Origin: Eledone cirrhosa
Lineage: Eukaryota
Assembly (NCBI GenBank): GCA_964016885.1
Contig: OZ024757.1
Coordinates: forward strand, 41,912,001-41,976,000
Direction of reading: 5' to 3'
DNA length: 64,000 nucleotides
Each line of letters opens with the position of its first letter. The first letter of the stretch is position 1. Positions 16,809 through 30,009 of this stretch are shown here, one piece after another. The notes below the pieces were generated by a model. That model had not been told where the DNA came from and made no database searches. It was given only the letters and a program-made list of their open reading frames with translations. The position numbers were made by a program, and so were the translations under genes.

Positions 16809-17504
16809 TATTTAGTAAACATAGATTGTAAAAATCACACCGTTTGGTTTGTTTTAAGTAGCATACAACTCCTGTTTGTAGAACAATAACAACAACAGTT
16901 GACACCTAGTATGGTAGCAACTGTAGTATTTAATGTCTGTCAGGTATTAAATGGTAAAGACCCTTCATTCTTCAGTCATGAAAGACCATGGGTTATGCAC
17001 CTAGAAAGTTCCCCTCCTAGGTACAAGCCTGATGTTGTCCACAGGAAAGACAGTAGGGCATGATTTGAGGGTGATATGGCTGTTATTTTTCTCTGAACTA
17101 GCTTCTCAGCAGAGGTTTCCCTCTCATCGTTGGCTTATACATAGATACACAACAATTTCTAACACAGGTACAAGGTACAAGGTCAGAAAATATGTGGGGG
17201 AGGAAATTGGTGATAATTTCTAATATTGACACAAGGTCAACTTGATGGAGACAGAAATAGAGCTGAGTTTTCTGGGAAATGAAAGACAAACTGGTATATT
17301 TTTCAATTGAAAGGTGCACGTGAAATTTAAACAAAAGATAACAAACCTACTTCAATACAAGCAGAAGCAATGTGAACCTAAGATGTTTTCCATGTCATTA
17401 TCAACCACATCAGACACTGACAGAAGAGCTGTGGGAGAATTCACAGGCAATACAATTAATGTTGTGCTGAAATACTTCAAGTTTTAACAACCTGTAATGA
17501 TTTA

Positions 17505-18000
17505 GCAGAGGTGGCGAAATGGTAGAGTGGTTAGAACGTCAGATAGAATGGTAGAGTGGTTAGAACGTCAGATAGAATGGTAGAGTGGTTAGAACGTCAG
17601 ATAGAATGGCAAAGTGGTTAGAACGTCAGATAGAATGGTAGAGTGGTTAGAACGTCAGATAGAATGGCAGAGTGGTTAGAACGTCAGATAGAATGGTAGA
17701 GTGGTTAGAATGGCAGAGTGGTTAGAATGTAGGATAGAATGATTTATGATATTTGTTCCGGCTATCTTGTCTCTGAATTTAAATGCCCCCAAGGTCAACT
17801 TTGCCTTTCATCCTTTCGAGATCGATAAAAAAAAAAATACCAGTCAAGTACTGGGGTAGATTCTTCCTCTATATCTCTTTCTCTCACTTTCTATCTTTCT
17901 CTGGAAGAAATCTGCTGTACTCAGGCTTAAAATGCCTGAGAAATGTTGTATGTTAATACAGCGCTCCTACATCTCTCTCGGGAGTTATAGGACCATACAA
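17505..18000 (+). mobile_element. SINE family 1 with 29-bp tandem expansion of its head and a 3' extension module
   Basis: Unit ggtagagtggttagaacgtcagatagaat about 6-7 times (17521-17740), then the SINE core, then the gaagaaatctgctgtactcagg module. Confidence 0.7.
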
Positions 18001-18044
18001 TGATTTAGCAGAAAATATTTAAAACAAGCTTGTTACTCCATATG

Positions 18045-18480
18045 TTTATAGTGTTTCCTAGCAGACAGACCATTGTGAAAATTTGCAGTAAACTAAAGCA
18101 AAGACTTTCCTGTTTTATACTTTTAAAAAATGTCTTGCTAATGCAGTGTCATGTGATTTGTTAATTCAAATGTTTATAGTATATTTCTTAGCAGACAGGC
18201 CACTGTGAAAAGTTGCAGTATTAAAATAAAGACTTTAATATTTAATCTGATGCAGTCATTGTGTTGTTTTGTTCCTTTCTAGAATGTCTTGCTAATGTGG
18301 TTTCATGTGGCTTGTTAATTCAAATGTCTTACTAATGTAGTTTGTTAAGTCAAATGTTTATAATTTATTTTCTAGTGAACAGACCATTGTAAAATTTACA
18401 GTAAACCCAAATAAAGACTTCAATTTTTAATGTGATGACATCATAGTGATGTTTTATACTTTCCAAGAATGTCTTACTAA
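18045..18480 (+). repeat. Degenerate ~130-180 bp tandem repeat (3 units)
   Basis: cagaccattgtgaaaatttgcagta...aaagacttt recurs three times; related inverted copy at ~22375-22455. Confidence 0.55.
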
Positions 18481-19063
18481 AGCAGTTTCAAGCAGTACAG
18501 GACTTTAAACTTTACTGGGGTGACACATACACATTTATGATGGAGGTTCCAGTCCTTGTAATGAAACCATTCCCTGTTATTCTTATTAAGATATATACAC
18601 AGACAAAAATATGATAGATTCTTCCAATAATAAAAACTTTCAGATTCCACAATGCTGGCACCAAATTTACCAAAATACACATATATTTATGGTTATTATT
18701 TTTTTTAAAAACCTGTGTTTTCTTCCTCTTCAGTTGTGTCTTCATCTCCAGTCACTTCCTCATCATTTAGAGAAAACAATTTCTTTCATCGCTGTTCTTC
18801 GTTTTCTTGTTAAAATGTTCTTATATATTTATATACGTGTGTGTGTGCATACGTACATATAGCTTTATATATATATAATAAATATATATATATGATACAT
18901 ATGTATATATATATGATATACACATACTCACACATGTGTATATCATGTTATATAACTATGAAGTATTTATTCATGTGTGTATGCATGTAATTTTATCACA
19001 CATACACACACATACATAGAGATGAGTAATGAAGATAGTATACATATGAGAGAGAAATAGAGT

Positions 19064-19121
<58 letters not shown>

Positions 19122-19414
19122 CTAAAGAGAGAGTGAAGGAGAAAGTAAAATAGATTTACATCATGGAGAAGTATTTTAGAAATACTCCTCAACAATTGTC
19201 AGTGTTACTTCTTTCTCCAACTCACACTCCATTAGAGTTTTCAGGCTTTCTCCTTCTCTTTCAATTCTCCTAGTTTTACCCAAACGAGACATCAGAGCTG
19301 AGATTATTTTTTGATCAAGAGTTATCCCGGGATGTATCTTGATCATTGTGCCAAATATTATAAAGATTCGTTGAGAAATGGCAATGTTGCTTCGAGACAA
19401 CCTCTAAACTTACA

Positions 19415-19472
<58 letters not shown>

Positions 19473-19659
19473 TGATAGGACTGGGGTCCCTATCCTTAAA
19501 TCACCCAAGACACCTCCAACGAGATATACCTTGGAGGAGGCCAGCTAAATCTGCATAGGTGTGAGCTGTAACAACATATATATATTTATATACAAACATA
19601 TACATACATATACAAGTAGGACTTCAATCAGTTTCAAGAACAAGTCCTCCGGTGGTTTC

Positions 19660-19928
19660 ATTAAAGGAACAACTTGCTCATGAAATTAACATGCAGGTAT
19701 CTGAACATTCCACAGACACATGTAACCTTAATGTAATTCTCAGGGAGATTCAGTAGAACATAGTATATGGCTCTGTGAAGTACAGGTGCAACTCATTTTT
19801 TCACCTGTGGTAACTAGAGCAATATTAAATAAACTGTTTTGCTTAGGGACAGAATGTGTCACCGGAAATCGAACTCACAACCTTATGATTGTGAGCCGAA
19901 CACCCTAACCACTAAGCTATGTGTCTTC
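19660..19928 (-). mobile_element. tRNA-derived SINE family 2 copy
   Basis: Minus strand has an A-box-like tagcttagtggt and a B-box-like gagttcgatttc. Confidence 0.65.
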
Positions 19929-20220
19929 CCTAAATATAAGGGATTAAAAGGGCAACTAACCATAAAACGCTGCCTCACAAAATGACATCAGACCCATACT
20001 GGCATTGAAAAGTTAACTCACAATCAATGATGCACTGATATACATAAATATATGTGTATATATAGATATATGTATATATATGTATATATATATATGTATA
20101 TATATATATATGTATATATATATATGTATATATAGATATATGTATATATATATATATATATAGATATATGTATATATATATATATATATAGATATATGTA
20201 TATATATATATATATATAGA

Positions 20221-20288
<68 letters not shown>

Positions 20289-20379
20289 TTTTTGTTTATG
20301 TATATCAAGAATGAATGCTTAAACAAAATAACTGCTTACCTCTCGCAGAAGTCTATATTTTTCTTGGTTCTATATTTGC

Positions 20380-20416
<37 letters not shown>

Positions 20417-21170
20417 CATACATATATATATATATATATACATATAAATACATAAATATATATATATATAGGCATATATATATATATACATACACATATA
20501 TATATATATATACAGGGTCTCTCACCCATTACATTCCTGTTAGGCTTCCATACACTGCCCTCTCTGTTACTCTCTCTCCTACCCCCTCACTGTATCAGTC
20601 CCTCCATCTTTCAACCTCTCCTCTTCTATCACTTGTTCTGTCTTTTATAATTCTCACCATCACCATCTCTATTATTAGCCATCACTTATGTTTACCTTAC
20701 CATCACCTATCATCATTATTATGCTCCGTGTCTATTCAATCTCATTACCAACAACCAACATGTAGCTGTCACTGTCTCTCTTCCTTTACTCCTACTAACC
20801 CTATTCCCACCACCACCTTCGTTATCATGCTCACTTTTATTCATCTTTTCAGTGACATTTTCCTTGAAAGTCTAAAGACAATGTAGACAACAAAAGAGGC
20901 CACACAAGTCTTGTCCATCTAGGGCATCATAACAACATCTCTAGTGCTGGCACCACAATTAAAATATGGCCAATACACTTTACTCTGTAAAGTGGATGGG
21001 AGTTATGCAGGGAATCTAATTGTGGTAATCACATCAAAAATGGAACATATGAGAGCAATATGGTCATGTGACGAGTCTAGGAGTAGAGTAAATTCTGAGA
21101 CAGATTGAGAAAGACCACCCTACTAATGCCAACAGAATAAAATGGCACTAATAATGAAGAGGATATATAT

Positions 21171-21401
21171 ATAGGAAAAAGTATGACCCCGACAGCAGAG
21201 CTCACGCCGTTTCGACGGCTATTTCTGGACTAAAAAAAAATTGAATTTTATTTTTTATATTTAGTACGGAAGTAGCAGTCGAAACGGCTTGAGCTCTGCC
21301 GTCGGGGTCATACTTTTTCCTATTTCCCACTCTACTACCCTAAGTATTGAGTACTCTGGTGCGTTATGGTCCATCTGGTTCTTTACCACATCTCCTTCGT
21401 T
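21171..21401 (+). mobile_element. Half-hammerhead foldback family copy 2
   Basis: Inverted arms ~21171-21233 and ~21260-21323; contains GAAA-cggc-ttgagctct-gccg-TC-ggggtca. Confidence 0.7.
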
Positions 21402-21567
21402 ATATATATATATATCTATCTTGTTGTGGATATTTGGGAGTCTTCAATTTCTGTTACATTTGTCTTAGCTCTAACTAATTTGATATCCATTATTTTATTG
21501 TATTGTACTTGGCTATGAGATTTGCATGTATGTCAGTGAGTGAATGAATATGTGATGATGTGTGTGC

Positions 21568-21642
<75 letters not shown>

Positions 21643-21740
21643 TATACATGTATGTATAAAGACAAACACTGTCTTTAATGTCTCCTTAATGTGAGCCCTG
21701 TGTGGCTAATAAAGAAAGCATAAGTACATGACATTCATAC

Positions 21741-21786
<46 letters not shown>

Positions 21787-21860
21787 AATGAATGTATGTA
21801 TGTGTGAATATCTATATATATGTGTGTGTGTGTATAAATGTATATATGTATGTATATGTG

Positions 21861-22008
<148 letters not shown>

Positions 22009-22818
22009 ATGAAATAATATGCACAAAGAAACCAAAAATAAAAATCAGAAACAAAAATCAACAAAAGATAAAAACAAAAAGAAGAAAACAAATTTAATTT
22101 TATAATTTTTCCTCGTTTTTTTTTTTCCTTCCTTTTTCTGGTTTATTTTAAATATTTACCTGTATATCTAACTATTTACACGCTGAAATTGTATTTGGTT
22201 GATTAACTTAACCTTAAGTGTGGTCTAGGCGCATTATGTCACCAAGAGAGTAATCTCCCCCTTAATATATAATGTAGTATCAAGGGAAGTAATTCATAAA
22301 GGAATTCAGCATCCTAAACCACATGAAACGCATAAGGCAACACCTTGTAAAACAAAACAAGACAGTAACTGCATCACATTAAAAATTAAAGTCTTTACTT
22401 TAAAGCAGCAAATTTTTACAATGATCTGTCCACTAGTAAAGATACTACAAACATATGAACTCACAACCCATGGTTTTAGATATTTTCTGCTAAATTATTA
22501 CAGGATATTAAGAGTTAACGTGAAGTGAATGAAGGAAACAATTCCCTTTATATAAATCTATACCTACACACAAATATATATGTGTGTGTGTGTGTGTCTA
22601 TTTATCTGTGTATATGTGTGTGTATAGCTAAGAGTCACATATATCAAGTTTTTATTTAGGATAGAATTAAAACTGATGAATAAAAGAACTTCCTCTGTAA
22701 TAAATTGGTTGAAATGTTTCCTATAACCTCATCAACATAAATATATATATATATATATATATAATATATATATATAATATATATATATATAATATATTAT
22801 ATATATATATATATATAT

Positions 22819-22896
<78 letters not shown>

Positions 22897-22939
22897 ATCA
22901 GTACTTTAGTTACAGTGGTTAACGCTGACTGAACCCAGG

Positions 22940-23555
<616 letters not shown>

Positions 23556-23785
23556 TGTGTGTCTATGTCGTTTTTTTGTGTATATATGTATATATATGTT
23601 AAATGGTGATGATGATGTGCGTGTGTATATTTATTTAAATATATGTGTGTGTGTGTGTATCTTGCTATATTCACTTTAATAAGTCTCTTCAGGTTTAATA
23701 ATTGCTTCTGTTTCTGTTTCTGGATGGTTCTCTGTCTTTCAAGTTTCTCAGACGACACAACAGACCCTCACTTCATCAGTCAGCC

Positions 23786-24215
23786 ATTCTCTTGACCAGA
23801 CAGCCTTTCTCTTGACCAGACAGCCTCTCACTTCACCAGACAGCCCTTCTCTTGACCAGACGCCCCTCCTTCTCTTGACCAGACACCCCTTCTCTTGACC
23901 AGACAACCCTCCTTCTCTTGACCAGACACCCCTTCTCTTGACCAGACACCCCTTCTCTTGACCAGACAGCCCTTCTCTTGACCAGACACCCCTCCTTCTC
24001 TTGACCAGACACCCCTTCTCTTGACCAGACACCCCTTCTCTTGACCAGACAGCCTCTCACTTCACCAGGCAGCCCTTCTCTTGACCAGACAGCCCCTCTC
24101 TTGACCAGACACCCCTTCTCTTGACCAGACAGCCTCTCACTTCACCAGGCAGCCCTTCTCTTGACCAGACAGCCTTTCTCTTGACCAGACACCCCCCTCA
24201 CTTGACCAGACAGCC
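23786..24215 (+). repeat. 21-24 bp minisatellite (cccttctcttgaccagacasc), ~20 copies
   Basis: Direct tandem repetition. Confidence 0.9.
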
Positions 24216-24863
24216 CCTCAATTGGACTCTCTTGACACGACTGTCTCTCGACTCGACTTGCTCCAGTCTGGACTGGACATACTTGCTCTGACCGAATCAC
24301 CTTTAGCTTCTCGGCTAAACTCAGCTCTGCCTTAAATCGGCCCTTGTGGCCAATAAAGAAATTACTACTACTACTATTATTATTAGTGTTACTTCTACTA
24401 TTAACTACATAATATCACCAGGATGTTAGAAAATGTTTATAACAAAGCAAAAAAAAACAAAAACAAACAAAAAAAATGAGAAAATTTTAACAAAACAAAA
24501 AAGGAAAAACAAATAAAAACGAAAAATAAAATAAAAACAACTTTTCTAGACAAATATAAAAAAAAATGAAAAAACAAAATAATGTTTGAAAAAAAAAAGG
24601 TAAAAAAGATCATCAAAGGATCAGTTCATTATTATTATTATTATTGTTTTTTGTGATTTTTTGGTGAATTTTTGGGGGGATTTGGGGTTTTTTTTTGGAG
24701 AAAATCTTTTTTTTCTTTGTGGGAATATAAATTAATATTTGTTTGTTGTCTTTTTGGTGTTATTTTGGTGTTTTTTTAAACAGGTTTGTGGCTCTCAATC
24801 GTAGTGGTGGTGGAAGATAGCACATAGCTAAAGGCTAGACCCTCTCTACCACACAAGACAGGC

Positions 24864-24894
<31 letters not shown>

Positions 24895-24954
24895 CACATA
24901 TATATATATACACATATAAATATGTATATATATATATATATATGTGTATATATA

Positions 24955-25088
24955 AACTAGCTGCTGAAACAGCAAGAGCTCAGCCGTCGGGGTCCCAACT
25001 CTTTATAATATAACCATACTCTACTACCCCAAGTATTGAGTACTCTGGTGAGTAATGGTCTAACCAGTTTCAAACTGAATCCATCTTG

Positions 25089-25092
<4 letters not shown>
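24955..25092 (+). mobile_element. Half-hammerhead family copy 3 (truncated in putative stem II)
   Basis: aactagctgct GAAA cagc-aagagctca-gccg TC ggggtcc; flanked by (TA)n. Confidence 0.65.
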
Positions 25093-25146
<54 letters not shown>

Positions 25147-25500
25147 ATGAATACACATGCACATATATATACATACAAACATGCACACGCACGCACACAC
25201 ATATATATTTATATATATATATATATGGAGATGCACACACATATATATGGAGATGCACGCACACATATATATATATATATATGCGTGTCTCTTATTTTTT
25301 GTTTGTCTGTTGAAATGGCATGCTGGTCTGGTCGGCCCCTGGTATATTACAGTGATTCCTTGGAGGAGAGATTAAAGAAATGCCATGTTTTCCATTAAAT
25401 GAACCTGCCATTTACCATCAGCGTAAAAACAAAGTGGTATGGAGCACCTGTCGCAGAGGGAGAGAAGAAAAAATTGAATAATAGTCGTAATAACACACAC

Positions 25501-26032
25501 ATCATCATCATCATCATCATCGTTTAACGTCCATCTTCCACGCTTGCATGGGTTTGGACGGGAGTTTTCCCACTTGAGGCAAGAGTGGTTGTCTTGCTCG
25601 CATAGGACTGTCTGGCGGGTTTTCTACAGTTGGATGCCCTTCCTAACACCAACCACATTTACAGTGTGTACTGGGAGGTTTTTACCGTGTTACCTACACG
25701 GCCACATTACAGCGTGGACTGTGTTTTTTTTGTCATGACACCTACACGACCTCATTTGTTTCGGACTGGATGTTGTGGTACCAACATAACTTCGCAGTGA
25801 AGGGGGTGGTGTGGATGGGGTGGGGGTATTTGGACGGGGGTGTATTTTTGTTAGAGGTGCCTACTGACTGTAGTAGGTTTCACTTTGTACTTAGGTAAGG
25901 CGGGTCTTCTGTATTACTGTGTAGCGCCAAAGACCTCGGTCCAGTGACATTGTCTTGGAGAGGTGTAAGTGTGTGAGGTCGGAATTTATCAAGTCGTCCC
26001 AGGTTTTTCTGGGTCTGCCTACTCCGTGGCTA
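25501..26032 (-). mobile_element. RTE LINE 3' end (inverted relative to 26155-27030)
   Basis: Close reverse complement of 26498-27030; (CAT)n tail at 25501. Confidence 0.85.
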
Positions 26033-26154
26033 TATATATATACATATATATAAAATAATAATGAAAATTACTGTGTACAGTGCTCAGGTGCACTAGAGCT
26101 CCTCAAAGGTGCCTGCATAGTACATAGAATATTATAAAAATGTCAGGAATATAT

Positions 26155-27030
26155 ATCAGAGAGCTTATACCACTATTAGCCGCTAAAGGGTTCTCCCTAA
26201 AAATGAAAGGCAGGCTGTATGATGCCTGCATACGAACAGCAATGTTACATGGCAGTGAGACCTGGGCATTGTGTGCAGAGGATATACGCAGACTGGAGAG
26301 AAACGAAGCTTGCATGCTCCGCTGGATGAGTAATAGTAATATACGTGAACGGCAAAGCATAAACGAACTACGGGAGAAATTAGGAATAAGAGGATCAGAT
26401 GTTGTTTACTCGAGAGAAGACTACATTGGTACGGTCACATGATGCGCATGAAAGACGACAGCTGTATAAAAAAGTACAGGGCGATAAAAATAGACGGTAG
26501 CCACGGAGTAGGCAGACCCAGAAAAACCTGGGACGACTTGATAAACTCCGACCTCACACACTTACACCTCTCCAAGACAATGTCACTGGACCGAGATCTT
26601 TGGCACTACACAGTAATGCAGAAGACCCGCCTTGCCTAAGTACAAAGCGAAACCTACAGTCAGTAGGCACCTCTAACAAAAATACACCCCTGTCCCACTA
26701 CCCCCACCCCATCCACACCACCCCCTTCAATGTGAAGTTATGTTGGTGCCACAATATCCAGTCCGAAACAAATGAGGTCGTGTAGGTGTCACGACAAAAA
26801 AACACACAGTCCACGCTGTAATGTGGCCGTGTAGGTAACACGGTAAAAACCTCCGAGTCCACACTGTAAATGTGGTTGGTGTTAGGAAGGGCATCCAGCC
26901 GTAGAAAACCCACCAGACAGTCCTATACGAGCAGGACAACCAATCTTGCCTCAAGTGGGAAAACTCCCGTCCAAACCCATGCAAGCATGGAAGATGGACG
27001 TTAAACAATGATGATGATGATGATGATGAT
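26155..27030 (+). mobile_element. 5'-truncated RTE-clade LINE (ORF C-terminus, 3' UTR, (GAT)n tail)
   Basis: KGRLYDACIRTAMLHGSETW...RRLERNEACMLRWM...WYGHMMRM...GRPRKTWDD are typical RTE C-terminal motifs; one frameshift. Confidence 0.9.
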
Positions 27031-27102
27031 AGTTCAACATGAAAAAAAGGCAAAAACGTATTAATATTAAAAAAAAGGCAGACTCATTAATATATATATA
27101 TA

Positions 27103-27295
27103 TAACGAAGGAATTGTGGTGAGGAACCAGATGGACCATAACGCACCAGAGTACTCAATACTTAGGGTAGTAGAGTGGGTAATAGGAAAAAGTATGACCC
27201 CGACGGCAGAGCTCAAGCCGTTTCGATGGCTATTTCTGGACGCCAGAAATAGCCGTCTAAACGGCTTGAGCTCTGCCGTCGGGGTCATACTTTTT

Positions 27296-27300
<5 letters not shown>
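27103..27300 (-). mobile_element. Half-hammerhead foldback family copy 4 with 58-bp-arm palindrome
   Basis: Arms 27182-27239 and 27243-27300, 2 differences, 3-nt loop. Confidence 0.75.
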
Positions 27301-27349
<49 letters not shown>

Positions 27350-27455
27350 AAGCAAAGAAAATTTCAATGATACGAAAGATTTCCTGGTGGAAGTTCAGGT
27401 GTACTCCGGGTTGGTATCCAGTTTCAGGGAGAAAATCCAACGAATTTTGAGAGGA

Positions 27456-27490
<35 letters not shown>

Positions 27491-27496
<6 letters not shown>

Positions 27497-28048
27497 ATAC
27501 TTTGGGAGGGCCATGCTGCCAATAAGAAACACACGCACCAGTTGCTTTCACTTCAATTTAATTTAATATATATTTATAAATTTACAAATTTATAAATTTC
27601 TGGTTGGTTGGTTGGTTCCACAACCAGATAGTTGTTTATATATATATAGTCATAGTTCTTTCGTCACACACTCTGTGACCTCTTCAGTGACTGGGGATTT
27701 CTTTCTTCGTTTCTGTGCCTTTCCTTTCTTCTATCCTACGCCATTTTGTTTGTGTGTGGGTTGCGTGCTCAGTTTGCGCATGCGCCACATCCGGGTGTCT
27801 GTGTGTGTTTGTGTTCATTTTTCTATTTTTCTATTTATATTTGTTTGTTTATTTATTTATTTATTGTTGGTTGGTTGTTTGTTCTATGTGTGTGTGTGTT
27901 TTCATTTTGTCTTGTGTGTGTTTTCATTTTGTGTGTGTTTTCAATTGTAAGTTGTTTGTTCTATGTGTGTGTGTGTTTTCATTTTGTCCTTAATTGTGAG
28001 TTGTGATGTTGCTGTTCCACTCATATTCAGAAACGAAATTCAGAAATG

Positions 28049-28050
<2 letters not shown>
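27491..28050 (-). mobile_element. Penelope-like pLTR element containing an intact hammerhead motif
   Basis: (TA)n-flanked; terminus shared with 6656/6790, 13523, ~1770 and ~43590; hammerhead at 27648-27692. Confidence 0.65.
27648..27692 (-). ncRNA. Minimal type-I hammerhead ribozyme motif
   Basis: Minus strand: agtca CTGAAGA g gtcaca-gagtg-tgtgac GAAA g-aa-c T A tgact. Perfect stems I (5 bp) and II (6 bp), intact core, CUA cleavage triplet. Confidence 0.8.
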
Positions 28051-28117
<67 letters not shown>

Positions 28118-28408
28118 CACACATATAGAAAAACTGGGGGAGGTTTGTTACTTCGGCCTAATTTCTATATTTGTCCCAAAAAGTATTTCCCCAAATACAA
28201 CCCCAACACTACAACCACCCCCACCCCCACCCAGGATTGGATGGGGTTGAGGTGGGGTTAGGGTGGGGTTAGGTAGGTAGAAGTGGTTGTTTCATCAAGG
28301 GTAACTCCCTTCCTAAGTATCATTTGTTTATCTGCCAGCAATTATTGGTAAATTGATATGAATGAAGTGGGGTGAGGTAGTGGTGCGGTGGGAGGGGTAT
28401 GAAGTACT

Positions 28409-29470
28409 TCACCACCGCCGCCGACCCCACCACCACCAACACCACCACCACCATCAACATCACCACCACCACTGACACCATCACCACCTCCACCATCACC
28501 ATCACCACCACTATCACCATCACCACTGACACCACCACCACCACCACCACCACCACCACCACCACCACCACCACCACCACCACCACCACCACCACCACCA
28601 CCACCATCACTGGTAAGCAGCCATATTCAATCCAGAAAAACCTATTTGTTTCCGGTTCTTCCCAATCTCTTGCCAAACTTTCCCTCCGACACTCTTCCGA
28701 CTTCTCTCATCATTTCCTGAGATTCTTGGTGGTGGTGGTGGTGGTGGTGGGGGTGGTTGGTGATGGTGGTGGTGGTTGGTGATGGTGGTGGTGGTTGGTG
28801 GTGATGGTCGTGGTAGCGGTGGTGGTGGTGATGGTGGTGGTGGTAGCGGCGGTGGTGGTGGTGGTGGTGATAGTAGTGGTGGTATAGGTGGTGGTAGCGG
28901 CGGTGGTGGTGGTGGTGATAGTAGTGGTGGTATAGGTGGTGGTTGTAGTGGTGGTGGTGGTGGTAGTGTAGGTGGTGGTGGTGTAGGTGGTGGTTGTGAT
29001 GCTATCACCATCACAACCACATTTACCACCAACATCAACACCACCACCACTGCCACCATCACTACTACTACTACCACCACCACCACCACCACAACTACTA
29101 CCACCACCACCATCATCACCACTACGACCCCACCACCACTACCACTACTATAACCACCACTACAACTACTACCACCACTACCACTACAACCACCACCACC
29201 ACCACAACTACCACTACAACCACCACCACTACAACTACTACCACCACCACCACTACCATTACAACCACCACCACTACAACTACTACCACCACCTCCATTA
29301 CCACTACAACCACCACCACTACCACTACTATAACCACCACCACCACTACAACTACTACCACCACCACCACTACCACTACAACCACCACCACTACAACTAC
29401 TACCACCACCACCATTACCACTACAACCACCACCACAACTACTACCACCACCACCACCACCACTACACCA
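28409..29470. repeat. (ACC)n - (GGT)n - (ACC/ACT)n trinucleotide blocks of alternating polarity
   Basis: 28409-28608 ACC, 28727-29000 GGT, 29004-29470 ACC/ACT. Confidence 0.9.
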
Positions 29471-29604
29471 GTCCAACCTTCAGTCTCCCATTTAAGCAGA
29501 GATCCAGGAATATTCCACACCATTCCATCACAAATGGATATACCCACAATTCTCTGCCAAATTTCTCAGACAAAACAGAAAACTAGTTGTCTAATCTTTC
29601 TGCT

Positions 29605-29960
29605 TTTCAAACTTTGCCTTTCATCCTTACGGGGGTCGATAAAGTAAAGTACCAGTAATGCACTCGGATAATTGCTGGCCTTGTGCCAATAATAGAAACA
29701 ATTATTATTATTATTTTATTAAATTTAATTTTCTGAAATATTAGGAGGCATGGCTGTGTGGTGAAAGAGTTTCTTTTACAACTAATCAATATTGGTTTTC
29801 GGTCTTACTGCGTAGTACATTGGGCAAGTGTCTTTACCCTCCCCAAAGTTGTTTACCTTGCGCCTAAATCATAAACCATTATCATCATTTCATTAAATTT
29901 AATTTTTTTAAATATTGGGAGGCTTGGTTGTGTGGTGAAGGAGATTCTTTTACAAGTCCA
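29605..29960 (+). mobile_element. SINE fragments (family 1 3' half plus degenerate ggaggcatggctgtgtggt heads)
   Basis: Similarity to other copies in the window. Confidence 0.55.
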
Positions 29961-30009
29961 CATGATATTTGACAATTTGTCTGGGCCGGTATCAAAACAA
30001 AAAAAAAAA

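Noticed and set aside
19176-19400. 74-aa ORF in unique-looking sequence
   Set aside because: No recognisable motif, non-ATG start, no clear splice sites.
22160-22345. Possible minus-strand exon (donor CAG|GTAAAT at ~22160) as partner of the post-stop donor
   Set aside because: Acceptor is weak (AAG) and there is no independent evidence.
23786-24215. CRISPR-like regular repeats
   Set aside because: Head-to-tail units without unique spacers, in eukaryotic context: a minisatellite.
28320-29586. Pro/Gly/Thr/His-rich ORFs resembling mucins or extensins
   Set aside because: Products of ACC/GGT trinucleotide repeats that are open in many frames.
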